The notes below the pieces were generated by a model. That model was not told the DNA's origin. It saw nothing but the letters and a program-made list of their open reading frames with translations, and did not search any database. This document shows positions 1-9,829 of a DNA stretch of 64,000 nucleotides, piece after piece (position 1 is the first letter of the stretch; each line of letters starts with the position of its first letter). Made by a program: the position numbers and the translations under genes. The DNA comes from Candidatus Omnitrophota bacterium (GTDB lineage: Bacteria > Omnitrophota > Omnitrophia > Omnitrophales > Aquincolibacteriaceae), in assembly GCA_022711115.1 (NCBI GenBank), contig JAKLFP010000004.1, positions 112,648-176,647 of the forward strand, in the 5' to 3' direction.

Positions 1-252
1 AAAAAGGTTGTGTTCGTTCAAAATCCTTGCGATATGGGGGGCGTGAACGTTTTCATCGGAGGATGTGGGCAAGTCCTTGATGGAAAGGGTCCCGTACCCA
101 AACAGAATCAATGAGACTGAAAAAAAGATAACAAATTTATAAATTTCCTTATTTACTTTCATCATAACCTTATCTTACTGGTGCGCTGCTTCAGAAGCCT
201 TTGGAATGTTAAAAGCCGGCAGATTTCAAAAGGGGATCTCAGCCGGTTCATC

Positions 253-1470
253 TTAAGGGAAAAAAGATCCATCCCACATTAAGAAAATCAAGCATCCGAT
301 GACAACAATGTTAATGGCGTGTGTCATGAGTATGATCCGTTCGGAATCTTTTTCCTTGAATAATAAGAACAGCGAAAAGGGAATGAAGGAATAACGAATT
401 TCGACAAAGGACAACGGCAACAGGAAAAGAATCGCAAAGGGATAGAAAAGATAAAAGGACGGCCGATGCAGGCGTGTGACGCAAAGCGAAAGAACGGCAT
501 AGGCGATCGGCAAAAAGGTCAAGAATCTGTTAAACAAGGACGCCGTCATCATGAACATGATCCAAGTGCGTATGAAGCGGCCAAACCGGTTGTAAGGGTG
601 ATCCGCGTTGAAAAATAAATAATAAACGAGGAATAATTCAATCAGGATGAGCCACATGATCTTGTTTTGCTTCAGAAACGCGACAATTTTTGGAAAATTC
701 CTTAGATTTAGAGGCAGGAAGAAAAAAAAGAAAAGGAAAAGCGAAAAAAAGATATTGCCGCAAGTCAGAGTTAAGAAATGATGCGCTTTATCGCCGATAA
801 TGAGGCCTTTATTCAAAATAGCGAAGGCAACAAGCAAAATGGCCGCGAGAAAGAAAAAGAAGAATTTTGGCATCCATCGTTTGATATCCCGCCACCGGTA
901 TTGGGGATAATAATTCTGGAAATAAACAAGCAACCCGATGAAAGCAAGCCAAATGATATTGTTTTGTCGGACGAAAAGACTCAGGATGCCGAACATACCG
1001 GAAAGCCAAAGCCGCTTGTTGAGCGCGGCCCAAAGAGCCAGGAAAACATAAAACATAGAATAAATGTCCGTATAGACCAAAAAGAAGAATGGAAAAAATA
1101 ACGGGAAAAAAAGAAAAAGGAGGGATTTCTGTATCGCGGAGTCTCGATCGACTTTATTTGCCAGCATGAAAAAAATGACAAAACAGAGAAAGGAAAGCAG
1201 GGCGGTCAGGGTGCGCATCGAGATAAAATCAGAGACATGACACAACTTCATCAATAGCGCCATCGACCAATGATATCCCGGCAGATAAGGGCAATGGGTC
1301 GGGAATAGATTCGTGCCGCCTAAAATATCGGAAATGATAGGGGCATGGACCGTTTCGTCAGCGCTCATCGCGATGTTTTTCATCAGGAAGAAACCGCTGA
1401 TGAACACAAGCACGACCAATGTTCCCCAAAAGGCGATTGTTTGATTATCTTTTGATGGCTCAAATTTCAT
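253..1470 (-). CDS. ALG10/DIE2-family (GT59-like) GT-C membrane glycosyltransferase, paralog A
   Basis: 405 aa, polytopic. Motifs ADETVH...CPYLPGYHW, FPLFFPFFFLVYTDIYSMFYVFLALW, VRQNNIIWLAF, NKGLIIGDKAHH, HPYNRFGRF and EIRYSFIPF align with the eukaryotic ALG10 motifs I recall (DEIFH..PGLY, FPTLYFFNFLYYTEAGSMFF, FRQTNIIWAVF, NGGIVIGDRSSHE, NRHYTFY, EFRYFILPY). Confidence 0.6.
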   Translation of the reverse strand: MKFEPSKDNQTIAFWGTLVVLVFISGFFLMKNIAMSADETVHAPIISDILGGTNLFPTHCPYLPGYHWSMALLMKLCHVSDFISMRTLTALLSFLCFVIFFMLANKVDRDSAIQKSLLFLFFPLFFPFFFLVYTDIYSMFYVFLALWAALNKRLWLSGMFGILSLFVRQNNIIWLAFIGLLVYFQNYYPQYRWRDIKRWMPKFFFFFLAAILLVAFAILNKGLIIGDKAHHFLTLTCGNIFFSLFLFFFFFLPLNLRNFPKIVAFLKQNKIMWLILIELFLVYYLFFNADHPYNRFGRFIRTWIMFMMTASLFNRFLTFLPIAYAVLSLCVTRLHRPSFYLFYPFAILFLLPLSFVEIRYSFIPFSLFLLFKEKDSERIILMTHAINIVVIGCLIFLMWDGSFFP

Positions 1471-1544
1471 AAGGTTTTTTTTGTTTCAAAAAGCCCCGTT
1501 CGTGATGACAGACCCGTTTTAAGTTAAGCATTTAATTTTTTAAA

Positions 1545-2765
1545 CTACGGAAAAAAAGTTCCATGCAAAATAAGATAAATGACGCAAATATTCGGGACAA
1601 TATAAGTTGCGAGTGTAAAAAGCGTGATATTTTCCGGATCCTTTTGTTTGAAAAGAATAAAAAAAGCCAAGGGAATGAAAAGATACCGGATTTCGATGAC
1701 CGGGAGCGGAAGTAAAAACAAGATCGAGAACGGATACAAAAGGTAATAGGATTTGCGTTGCAACGGGGTGACGCAAAGCGAAAGCACCGAATAAACGATA
1801 GGGATGAATGCCGCGGCCTTAACAAGTATGGACGGTGAAGTCATCCAGAAAATAAACCAGTTATGCAGAAAACGGGCAAATCCGTTGTAGTAATGGGTTG
1901 ATTGGAAAAAGAAAAAATAAATCATGGTGATTTCGATTAAAATAAGCCAGAGCATGATACTGCGTTTTAAATGGGATATGATCTTAAAGAAATTCGAAAG
2001 ATTTAAAGGCAGAAAAAGGAAAAAGAAAATAAAAAGCGCCAGAAATATATTGCCGCCATTGAAAGTTACATAATGATATTTTCGGTCTCCGAGAATAAAA
2101 CCCTTATTCCAGATAACGAACGCGATCATCAAGGCCGCTGCAAGAAAGAAAAAAAAGAACTTGGGCATCCATCGTTTGATGTCTTGCCAACGGTATTGCG
2201 GGTAATAATTCTGGAAGTAAGCAAGCCATCCGATAAAAGCAAGCCAGATAATATTATTTTGGCGGACCATGAGGCTGAGAATGCCGAAGATGCCGGAAAG
2301 CCAAAGACGTTGATTGAGCGCAGCCCCTAGGGCTAGAAAAACATAAAACATGGCGTAAATATCCGTATAGATCACAAAAAAGAACGGAAAGAAAACAGGG
2401 GATAAAAGAAACAATAAGGATTTTTGGATGGAGGAGCGAGCATCGATCTTTTTTGCCAGCATAAAGAAAGCCAGGACGCAAAGAAAAGAAAGGGCTGTGC
2501 TTAAAAAACGGATACTGTCACCATGATCACTGCGGATCAACCAGCTTAAAATGGCCGTTGACCAATGGTAGCCGGGCAAGTAAGGACAGCGGCTGGGGAA
2601 GAAATTTTTACCTTCAAGGATCTCCATGATCTGCATGTGATGGCAGTATTCATCGGCGAGGTGAAGCATGTTTTTTACCGCAAGGTAACCACCGGTAAAA
2701 ACAACGAAAGCAAAAACGAAAAAGGCAACGGTTTTGTAGGTCTCTTTTTTTTCTATGGGCATCAT
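1545..2765 (-). CDS. ALG10/DIE2-family GT-C membrane glycosyltransferase, paralog B (tandem to A)
   Basis: 406 aa, roughly 55-60% identical to paralog A by eye. Same motif set: ADEYCH, CPYLPGYHW, YTDIYAMFYVFLAL, RQNNIIWLAF, NKGFILGDRKYH, EIRYLFIPL. Confidence 0.6.
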   Translation of the reverse strand: MMPIEKKETYKTVAFFVFAFVVFTGGYLAVKNMLHLADEYCHHMQIMEILEGKNFFPSRCPYLPGYHWSTAILSWLIRSDHGDSIRFLSTALSFLCVLAFFMLAKKIDARSSIQKSLLFLLSPVFFPFFFVIYTDIYAMFYVFLALGAALNQRLWLSGIFGILSLMVRQNNIIWLAFIGWLAYFQNYYPQYRWQDIKRWMPKFFFFFLAAALMIAFVIWNKGFILGDRKYHYVTFNGGNIFLALFIFFFLFLPLNLSNFFKIISHLKRSIMLWLILIEITMIYFFFFQSTHYYNGFARFLHNWFIFWMTSPSILVKAAAFIPIVYSVLSLCVTPLQRKSYYLLYPFSILFLLPLPVIEIRYLFIPLAFFILFKQKDPENITLFTLATYIVPNICVIYLILHGTFFP

Positions 2766-3231
2766 TTTTGTTCTATCAGAAGAGACTTTCGGGACGATGG
2801 GTAAGTAATGTTCAAAGTTTTATCAGAAATTCGTGTAAAACAACAAATCCATTATTCAATTTTAGAATCGTATAAAATCTTTTGAAAGATTTTATCCGTC
2901 TTTAGTGAATATGTCCACAAAATCACAGTTCGAATGAATAGGATTTCGGAAAAGGGCGTTTCAATTTTAAAACCTTTGTGACATAATAAACTTCGTAAAA
3001 TTTGATTCCACCCGGCGGAAAAATGAACGTCATTGTAAAACGTCATTGTAAAATCATGAGGTCTTTTGCTGAAACGGGAATTTGAATGCGTCCAGCTAAA
3101 GATCGAGAGGTCGAAGGCGCATAAGTCGATCTCGTTAGTGCGCGATTCTCATCGATCATGGAATGGGGAGCTCCGAAAAATATGAATCTTACCTTAAAGC
3201 CTTGTCCGCGACTGTCTCCACGATACAGGCA

Positions 3232-3663
3232 ATGAATCGATTTTATTGGAAAAAAATAATTTTCAGGACTTTTCTCGGGGTCATTCTTAATGTTGTTTTT
3301 ATCTTGATAGACCATAACAGCGCTTTCCCTGCCGAAGATGTCTCCGGACTCATCGCTCAAGGTGAAACGTTTCTGGCTCAAGGAGATTTTAAGCAAACTT
3401 GGGCGGTGGCGAAAAAAATTCTGACTGAGGACCCCCAAAATTTAACCGGTTATCGTCTTGCCTTGATTTATTTCATCAACATCGGAAACGAAACAGGTTT
3501 TTATAAAATGATCAGAGAAGCAAAAAAACATGGCGTTTCAGATCTGGCGATCGATGAAATTGCCTTGCAGCTCTTATTTTTGGCGGATCAACAGCAGCAA
3601 GCCTATTACAGATTATATGAGTATGAAATGAAGTGGCGTGAAACTTATGATCCCGCTTATTAA
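3232..3663 (+). CDS. small membrane-anchored TPR-like protein
   Basis: In-frame ATG at 3232 followed by a hydrophobic anchor (FRTFLGVILNVVFILI) and a TPR-like helical region. Overlaps the start of the downstream membrane protein gene. Confidence 0.35.
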   Translation: MNRFYWKKIIFRTFLGVILNVVFILIDHNSAFPAEDVSGLIAQGETFLAQGDFKQTWAVAKKILTEDPQNLTGYRLALIYFINIGNETGFYKMIREAKKHGVSDLAIDEIALQLLFLADQQQQAYYRLYEYEMKWRETYDPAY

Positions 3664-5395
3664 AAGATCTTTTTTTCGTACGCCGCTTGCCGTTTACACC
3701 CTGGCTGTGACTTTTATTTTTGTCTTGGGTTTTTTTATTCATTATGGGCGGGAAGCCCGTCATTCAAAATCTTGGCAGTATGTGATGTCGGACGACCAAC
3801 TGGTCTACTGGAGTATTGCCAAGGGCAGAATGATGTCGCCCCGCTGTGATGGAAATCCTTATTATTACGAAGAGCAGGGCACTCGGAATATCATCCCTTT
3901 TACTACGGCTGAAGTCATAGGGCTCGTCTCTAAATATACAAAAATCCCTCTCGAGTGGTTTTTCCCATTATGGCAAATTCTCATGCCGCTTTTTGTTTGG
4001 TTTGTTATTGCCGTTTGTTGCTGGAAATTATGGAACTATCCTCTCAGTGTCAGTGCCGCAGCAGCCTTGCTCCTTCTTCTGGGCACCCTATTCTGTCCCT
4101 GGCCGGGTATCCACACGACCTTGTTCAGGTTTTCAAGACCTCTGGATGGAATCGCGCCCATTTTTTTGTGGATCTCTCTGATCTATAAGGGAGATCCGGG
4201 CAATAAAAAACATCATATCGCGATCATCATGACAGCGGCCTTAACGTTATGGTTACAACCTTTTTATGCTGTTTTCTGTTTATGGATCACGGTTTTTGAA
4301 TACATGAGTTCCATCGCCCAAAGGGGAGGTTTTTTAAAACATCGGCTTTATTTCCATGCCTTGGGAAGCAGTCTTGTTTCCGGACTTATTTTTGCGGACT
4401 ATGCCTTTCATGGTAAAAATATCACGGCCGCGTATTTGCCCACAAGGGATGCCCCGGGAGGTGCGCCCCTTTTTTGCCTTCTCATGACGCTCCTCATGTT
4501 GATCGTCGTTGTATCCGTTGTGATTTTCTTTTATGTTTGCTTGAAAAAGGAAGTCTCGCCGCTCGATCGTTTGATGACCGCATGGACTTTTTTTGGAGTT
4601 CTGATTTACGCAACGTTAAAACCGCTATCGGAATTAACCATCCATATGCTGTACTTTGCGCCTGTCATGATATTGTCTTCAGCTGGGTGGATTCATGAAA
4701 AAATTTCTATATTAAAAGGAACGCGCTATTTTTCTTTTTTTAGCCGTGCGGTTGTTATTCTTTCGGTTTTTTTTCTTGCGGCGGCATTGATTTCCAAGAA
4801 AAACTTTTTCAGTCTAGAGAGTCGCCACTATTTTGTTTATATCCCACAATATTTTTTCATCATGCTCTTTTCTTTTTGGCTTTCCGCAAGGTTCCATCTT
4901 ATAAAAACGTGGGTGATGCAGAAAAAAACTGTTTGCGGCATCATACTTCTGCTTGCCGTGGCGGGATTTTGGAAAATGCCCCTGTCTCTTTGGAATCGTG
5001 ATTTTTCCTTTGGCGGGGGATACCAGTGGCTTAAAGCACATGCGCAGCAAAACGATGTCGTTCTGACGGCGTCATTTAAATGCATGTACAGCGAATATCT
5101 GTTTTATAAAACAGGATTGAAGTCCTATTTTACCGATCATGGACAAGCATCTGAATTTCGAAGAACCCCGAAGGCTTTTCGGATCAATTTTGTCAATGGG
5201 TTGTTATTGGGTTTGTTGGATCACATGCCCCATTATGGCAGTTTACCGCTTGCCCAAAAGCTCCGCTTTTTCAAGCTGGACTATGTGTTAATTCCCAAAC
5301 CAAGTCCTTTTCTTGAGGAGGTCACGACCCAGCTGAAGGGGCATCTACAGGAAGTTTATCAGGATCAGAAATGTCTGCTGTGGAAAGTTATCTGA
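3638..5395 (+). CDS. large polytopic membrane protein with a C-terminal soluble domain, possibly GT-C-like, family unassigned
   Basis: 585 aa: about 400 aa with many TM helices, then about 150 aa hydrophilic C-terminus. SDDQ in the first loop. The true start may be the ATG at 3647. Confidence 0.55.
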   Translation: MKLMIPLIKRSFFRTPLAVYTLAVTFIFVLGFFIHYGREARHSKSWQYVMSDDQLVYWSIAKGRMMSPRCDGNPYYYEEQGTRNIIPFTTAEVIGLVSKYTKIPLEWFFPLWQILMPLFVWFVIAVCCWKLWNYPLSVSAAAALLLLLGTLFCPWPGIHTTLFRFSRPLDGIAPIFLWISLIYKGDPGNKKHHIAIIMTAALTLWLQPFYAVFCLWITVFEYMSSIAQRGGFLKHRLYFHALGSSLVSGLIFADYAFHGKNITAAYLPTRDAPGGAPLFCLLMTLLMLIVVVSVVIFFYVCLKKEVSPLDRLMTAWTFFGVLIYATLKPLSELTIHMLYFAPVMILSSAGWIHEKISILKGTRYFSFFSRAVVILSVFFLAAALISKKNFFSLESRHYFVYIPQYFFIMLFSFWLSARFHLIKTWVMQKKTVCGIILLLAVAGFWKMPLSLWNRDFSFGGGYQWLKAHAQQNDVVLTASFKCMYSEYLFYKTGLKSYFTDHGQASEFRRTPKAFRINFVNGLLLGLLDHMPHYGSLPLAQKLRFFKLDYVLIPKPSPFLEEVTTQLKGHLQEVYQDQKCLLWKVI

Positions 5396-5517
5396 GGGGA
5401 GGATTTCCTGCAGGAAGCTTTTTGATAAGGCGTTTTTAATTTAACAAGGATCCGGATTATTTTATGCGGCATGACTTTTAGATATGATTAGTAGTGTAAA
5501 AATCTTTTTATCACAGA

Positions 5518-6645
5518 GTGTCAACCAAGGTTTTGCTCTTTATGGGAAATAAAAAGATACTTTTCCTCTCGTTTTCACGTAGTCCATGGATTTTGTTTTT
5601 CAAATATCTTGTTTTTTCCATCCTCCCGTTTGTGCTTTTGTTATTTGTCAGCGAAGTGGTCCTGCGGGTTTTAAATTTTAGATATTCCGATACACCTCTG
5701 GTCATCCAGTCCCAGCCTGAAACGACCTCGGTTCTGAATTTTTCCCGGTATTTCAAAGAAAATCCGGACAGTACTTTTGTAAAAGACAAACTCCTTTTTT
5801 GGACCCAGAGGCCTTATTGGGAAGATCAGTATGTTTTGGAGAAGCCTCGCGGGATCACGCGCATCATGACTCTCGGATGTTCCTGCACGCATGGGTGTGA
5901 CAATATGAAAAATTCTTATCCCAATTACATGGATGAAATTCTTGAAATACAATTCCCTGACAGTTATCAGGTCATTAACGCCGGCGCCAGCGGCTATTCT
6001 TCCTATCAGGGATTGCAGGTGCTCAGGCATGTGATCCTGAAGTATCAACCCGAGATCGTGACTATTTTTTTTGGATGGAATGACCATTGGTTTGCAAGCA
6101 AGCCCGATCATTTGGTGCGCGTGAAAGAGGATTGGGAGGTCAGTCTGATTAATTTTCTGGAAAAATGCAGAACTTATCAGGCTTACCACTGGATGATCGC
6201 TCAATTGAAAGAAAAAGTTTTTAAAACGACGAAAACAGGTCCCTCGCGTACCTTTCGTGTGCCGCAGGAGAAATATAAAGCTAACTTGAACGCCATGGTG
6301 GATTTTTGTCAAAGCCATAATATCAAGCCGGTATTGATGACAGCACCGTTTGATGCATCGCAGTTGGCAGGGCACGGGCCAACCTTTTTCTGTTTTAATT
6401 CTTATGAAGATCTGGTGAAAACCCATATGGCTTATAACCATATTGTGCGGGAAGTAGGCGCGTCTCGGCAGGTTCCGGTGATCGATCTCGAAAGGGTGTT
6501 TTTTCAACTAGAAAAGAAACAATCGGCGCCCTATTTTACGGACGGCATTCATTTATCCTCCGTGGGTTGCCCGCTCGCGGCAAGTTTCATCGTTGAAAAA
6601 CTGAGGGAATTTGCTCTTCTCAAAGATCCTCCCGTCAAAAATTAA
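5518..6645 (+). CDS. membrane-anchored SGNH/GDSL-family hydrolase
   Basis: N-terminal TM segment. SGNH blocks: I (RIMTLGCSCTHG), III (GWNDHW), V (DGIHLS). Confidence 0.7.
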   Translation: MSTKVLLFMGNKKILFLSFSRSPWILFFKYLVFSILPFVLLLFVSEVVLRVLNFRYSDTPLVIQSQPETTSVLNFSRYFKENPDSTFVKDKLLFWTQRPYWEDQYVLEKPRGITRIMTLGCSCTHGCDNMKNSYPNYMDEILEIQFPDSYQVINAGASGYSSYQGLQVLRHVILKYQPEIVTIFFGWNDHWFASKPDHLVRVKEDWEVSLINFLEKCRTYQAYHWMIAQLKEKVFKTTKTGPSRTFRVPQEKYKANLNAMVDFCQSHNIKPVLMTAPFDASQLAGHGPTFFCFNSYEDLVKTHMAYNHIVREVGASRQVPVIDLERVFFQLEKKQSAPYFTDGIHLSSVGCPLAASFIVEKLREFALLKDPPVKN

Positions 6646-6647
6646 AG

Positions 6648-6671
6648 GCCCTGTAATTTTTCTTTCAGGGC
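6648..6671. terminator. weak hairpin between convergent genes
   Basis: GCCCTG-12 nt-CAGGGC directly after the SGNH stop. No clean T-run follows. Confidence 0.25.
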
Positions 6672-6759
6672 TACTTGATTCCGGGTCTATCCACCATTTT
6701 TGTCACTGCATCGCGCTCTTTTTCTGACAGAAAGAATACTGGATTTCTCCGGTTGATCT

Positions 6760-8055
6760 TTAAGGGAAAAAACGGAGTGCCATCGGGGTTGACAAAGCTG
6801 CGATCAAACAACCCGTCAGTGTGAGGTTGGTAGCCAGGGTCGCAAGCGTTATTTCTTCGGAAGGAGGTTCCATAAAGAGGATGAAAAAAGCGATGGGAAT
6901 AAAAAGATAGCGGGGTTCGATGACGACGATCGGGGACAGAAACAAAAACGTAAACGGATAAAGGAGATAAAAAGATCTTCGTTCTAAGCGTGTGACGCAA
7001 AGGGAAAGGAGACTATAACCTATCGGTAAAAAGGTGAGCATTTTGCTCCAGAGGGCAGGGTTCCTCATCCACTCGAGGAGCCAGTTGTGGAGAAAACGCT
7101 GGAACCAGCTTTGCACAGTGTTGTAAAGGTGATTGGCTTTAAAACAAAAAAGATATAATAAAAAAGTCACGATCAAAATGGGAATGATCCATCGGTTCCG
7201 TTTCAAGAGCGCGAGGATTTTGGGGGCGTTAAAAAGATTTTGAGGAAGAAAAAGAAAAAAGAAAAGAAAAAGCAATAAAAAAAAGTTATCGAGTGAAAAA
7301 CCTAGCGGGTGATGAGCTTTGTCGCCGAGGATGAATCCTTTATTCCAGATCACAAAGACTGCGACTAAAAACAGGGCGAAAAAGAAGAAGAAAAATTTTG
7401 AGATCCATTGCCTGACGTCTTTCCACTTGTACTGCGGGTAGTAATCTTCAATATAGACAAGTGCGACGATAAATCCAAGCCAAAAGATATTATTTTGTCG
7501 GATCATGAGGCTGAGAATGCCGAAGAAACCGGAAAGCCACAGGCGCCGTTTGATCGCGAATAAAAGAGCCAGGAAAAGATACATCAGGGAATAGATGTCT
7601 GTATAAATCAAAAAGAAATAGGGAACAAAAAGCGGCGAGAAAAGAAAAAAAGTGGCTTTTGCCGCGGTGGAATTTCTATCCAGGGTTTTTACGAGAAAAA
7701 AATAGACGACAAAACTAGCAAATGAAAGGATCGTGGATAAAAGCCGTAGCATGGTCGGAAAGAAGTATAGAGCCACGGGCGAAGCAAGCGGTAAAAGCTC
7801 AGTCGATCCCGGTCCCCTGAAATGAGTCAGCCAATATAAAAGAGCCACGGTCCAGTGATAGCCCGGTAAATAGGGGCAGAGTTTTGGGAAACGATCAGTG
7901 CCATCCAGAATTCCGAGGATCATCCGACTGTGGCAGGGCTCGTCGGCAATAGCTGGTAGGAGTTTGAAAAATAAAAAAAAGCAGGACATAAAAATAACCA
8001 GTGCTGAAAAAAGGAAAAGAAAATCCGGGGAAAGGCCTTTAGCTTTTGGTAACAT
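6760..8055 (-). CDS. ALG10/DIE2-family GT-C membrane glycosyltransferase, paralog C (more divergent)
   Basis: 431 aa. Motifs ADEPCH, CPYLPGYHW, YTDIYSLMYLFLAL, RQNNIFWLGF, NKGFILGDKAHH, EPRYLFIPIAFF. Confidence 0.6.
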   Translation of the reverse strand: MLPKAKGLSPDFLFLFSALVIFMSCFFLFFKLLPAIADEPCHSRMILGILDGTDRFPKLCPYLPGYHWTVALLYWLTHFRGPGSTELLPLASPVALYFFPTMLRLLSTILSFASFVVYFFLVKTLDRNSTAAKATFFLFSPLFVPYFFLIYTDIYSLMYLFLALLFAIKRRLWLSGFFGILSLMIRQNNIFWLGFIVALVYIEDYYPQYKWKDVRQWISKFFFFFFALFLVAVFVIWNKGFILGDKAHHPLGFSLDNFFLLLFLFFFLFLPQNLFNAPKILALLKRNRWIIPILIVTFLLYLFCFKANHLYNTVQSWFQRFLHNWLLEWMRNPALWSKMLTFLPIGYSLLSLCVTRLERRSFYLLYPFTFLFLSPIVVIEPRYLFIPIAFFILFMEPPSEEITLATLATNLTLTGCLIAALSTPMALRFFP

Positions 8056-8353
8056 GATTTCTCATAAGGCGTTTCAAAATCACCAATATCATCTGGATTG
8101 TCATTGCTTCAAAAAATAGGCACCTAAAATTTAAAAAAGTATAAAACCTCCCGTGATGTTCCACAAGCAGAATTTGATTTAAAGGGGCGTTGCGATGGGA
8201 GGGTAAAGAAAAGGTCGGCGGCTTTGGAAACAGCCGGAATCGGAGGTTCCTATTTTCAGATCTCTGTGACATAATGGTTTTCAGAAATTTTATTTCATGC
8301 CGTTCAAACGTTACTTTTAGAAACCCTTCAACATCTGTTTACAGGAGGTTCCA

Positions 8354-9397
8354 ATGTATCCGACGAAAGCTTACGCAGCCGAAAGCGCTGTAAAACCTTT
8401 AGGCCCTTTCGAGTTCAACCGGCGTGCGGTGGGGCCAAACGATATCCTGATAGACATTCATTTCTGCGGCATCTGCCATTCGGATATTCACCAGGTCCGT
8501 GACGAATGGGGGCATTCCTTGTACCCGATGGTCCCGGGACATGAAATCGTGGGCATCATAGCTCAAGTAGGGGCTCAAGTGAAAAAATTCAAACCTGGCG
8601 ATAGAGTCGGAGTCGGGTGTCTCGTAGAATCCTGTCGGGAGTGTCCGGAATGCAAAGAAGGATATGAACAATATTGTCCTCAGCCGGTTTTCACCTATAA
8701 TTGCAAGGAAAAAGACGGTAAAACTCTGACCCAAGGAGGGTATTCAACCCGGATCGTTGTCAACGAGGATTTTGTTCTTCGCCTGCCTGAAAATCTTCCC
8801 ATGAATGCCACAGCACCGCTTCTTTGTGCCGGTATCACGACTTATTCCCCCCTTCGCCACTGGAAAGCGGGTCCTGGGAAAAAGGTGGGTGTGATCGGTC
8901 TGGGTGGTCTCGGACATATGGCGGTCAAGATCGCAAAGGCCATGGGAGCGGAGGTATCTGTGCTCAGTCGATCACGTAAAAAGGAGACCGACGCCAAACG
9001 TCTCGGTGCGGATCACTACTGTGCGACGGCGGAAGCAGGAACCTTCGAGAAACTGGCGAAGACTTTTGACCTTATCATCTGCACGGTTTCGGTGGATGTT
9101 GATTGGAATCAGTATCTCAATACTCTCAAACGCGACGGAACGATGGTGGTGGTCGGTGTGCCCCCCAAGTCTCCGACCGTGAATGCTGCCAATCTTATCT
9201 TTGGCCGCCACAGTTTGGCGGGGTCACTGATCGGCGGGATCCGGGAAACGCAGGAGATGCTGGATTTTTGCGGCAAGCACAATATCGTTTCTGATATCGA
9301 AATGATTCCTATCCAGAAAGTCAATGAAGCCTATGAGCGCGTGATCAAGGGGGATGTGAAATTCCGTTTCGTGATTGACATCGCATCCTTGAAATAA
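8354..9397 (+). CDS. zinc-dependent alcohol dehydrogenase, cinnamyl-alcohol/NADP-dependent family
   Basis: GICHSDIH...PGHEIVG catalytic Zn motif. Structural-Zn CxxC cluster (CRECPEC). GLGGLGHMAVK Rossmann motif. Confidence 0.9.
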   Translation: MYPTKAYAAESAVKPLGPFEFNRRAVGPNDILIDIHFCGICHSDIHQVRDEWGHSLYPMVPGHEIVGIIAQVGAQVKKFKPGDRVGVGCLVESCRECPECKEGYEQYCPQPVFTYNCKEKDGKTLTQGGYSTRIVVNEDFVLRLPENLPMNATAPLLCAGITTYSPLRHWKAGPGKKVGVIGLGGLGHMAVKIAKAMGAEVSVLSRSRKKETDAKRLGADHYCATAEAGTFEKLAKTFDLIICTVSVDVDWNQYLNTLKRDGTMVVVGVPPKSPTVNAANLIFGRHSLAGSLIGGIRETQEMLDFCGKHNIVSDIEMIPIQKVNEAYERVIKGDVKFRFVIDIASLK

Positions 9398-9829
9398 GTT
9401 ACCGGACACTGTCGAGGATAACATTCACTATCGATTGAAAACAGACCTTAGAGGAAAGCCGAGAAATCAAATTGAGGCAACTCCTTGAGAGGGCTTTTTT
9501 TCAGCGTAGTTAATTTTATTCTATGGATGACATTTGAATCGAATGAATCTTCTTGAGATGTATCCCATCAAGCCGAAGATCAAAACAATACTAATATGTT
9601 TATTTTAATAAAGCTAAGCGCTTGAATAGAACAAAAAATTATAAATTGCTATAAATTATAATTTTAAAAAGTAAATGGGATAGGTTATAGTTTTAACATA
9701 AGGAAACAAAAGAAATAAAGCCATTTAAAACAGATGCGTAGAAAGGGATTCATTTTAAATTTTGGCACGAGGGTTAATTACGAGAATGATATGAAAACAA
9801 TGGGCGTTGGAAAGGAGTCTTTGATTTTT

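Noticed and set aside
778-1101. Plus-strand ORFs (778-1101 and 2073-2330) inside ALG10-like paralogs A and B that are similar to each other
   Set aside because: Their mutual similarity is a mirror of the conserved paralogous genes on the opposite strand (antisense shadow ORFs). They have no independent start or RBS context.
5671-6507. 278-aa minus-strand ORF inside the SGNH hydrolase gene
   Set aside because: Antisense to a gene with clear SGNH catalytic blocks. No motif of its own.
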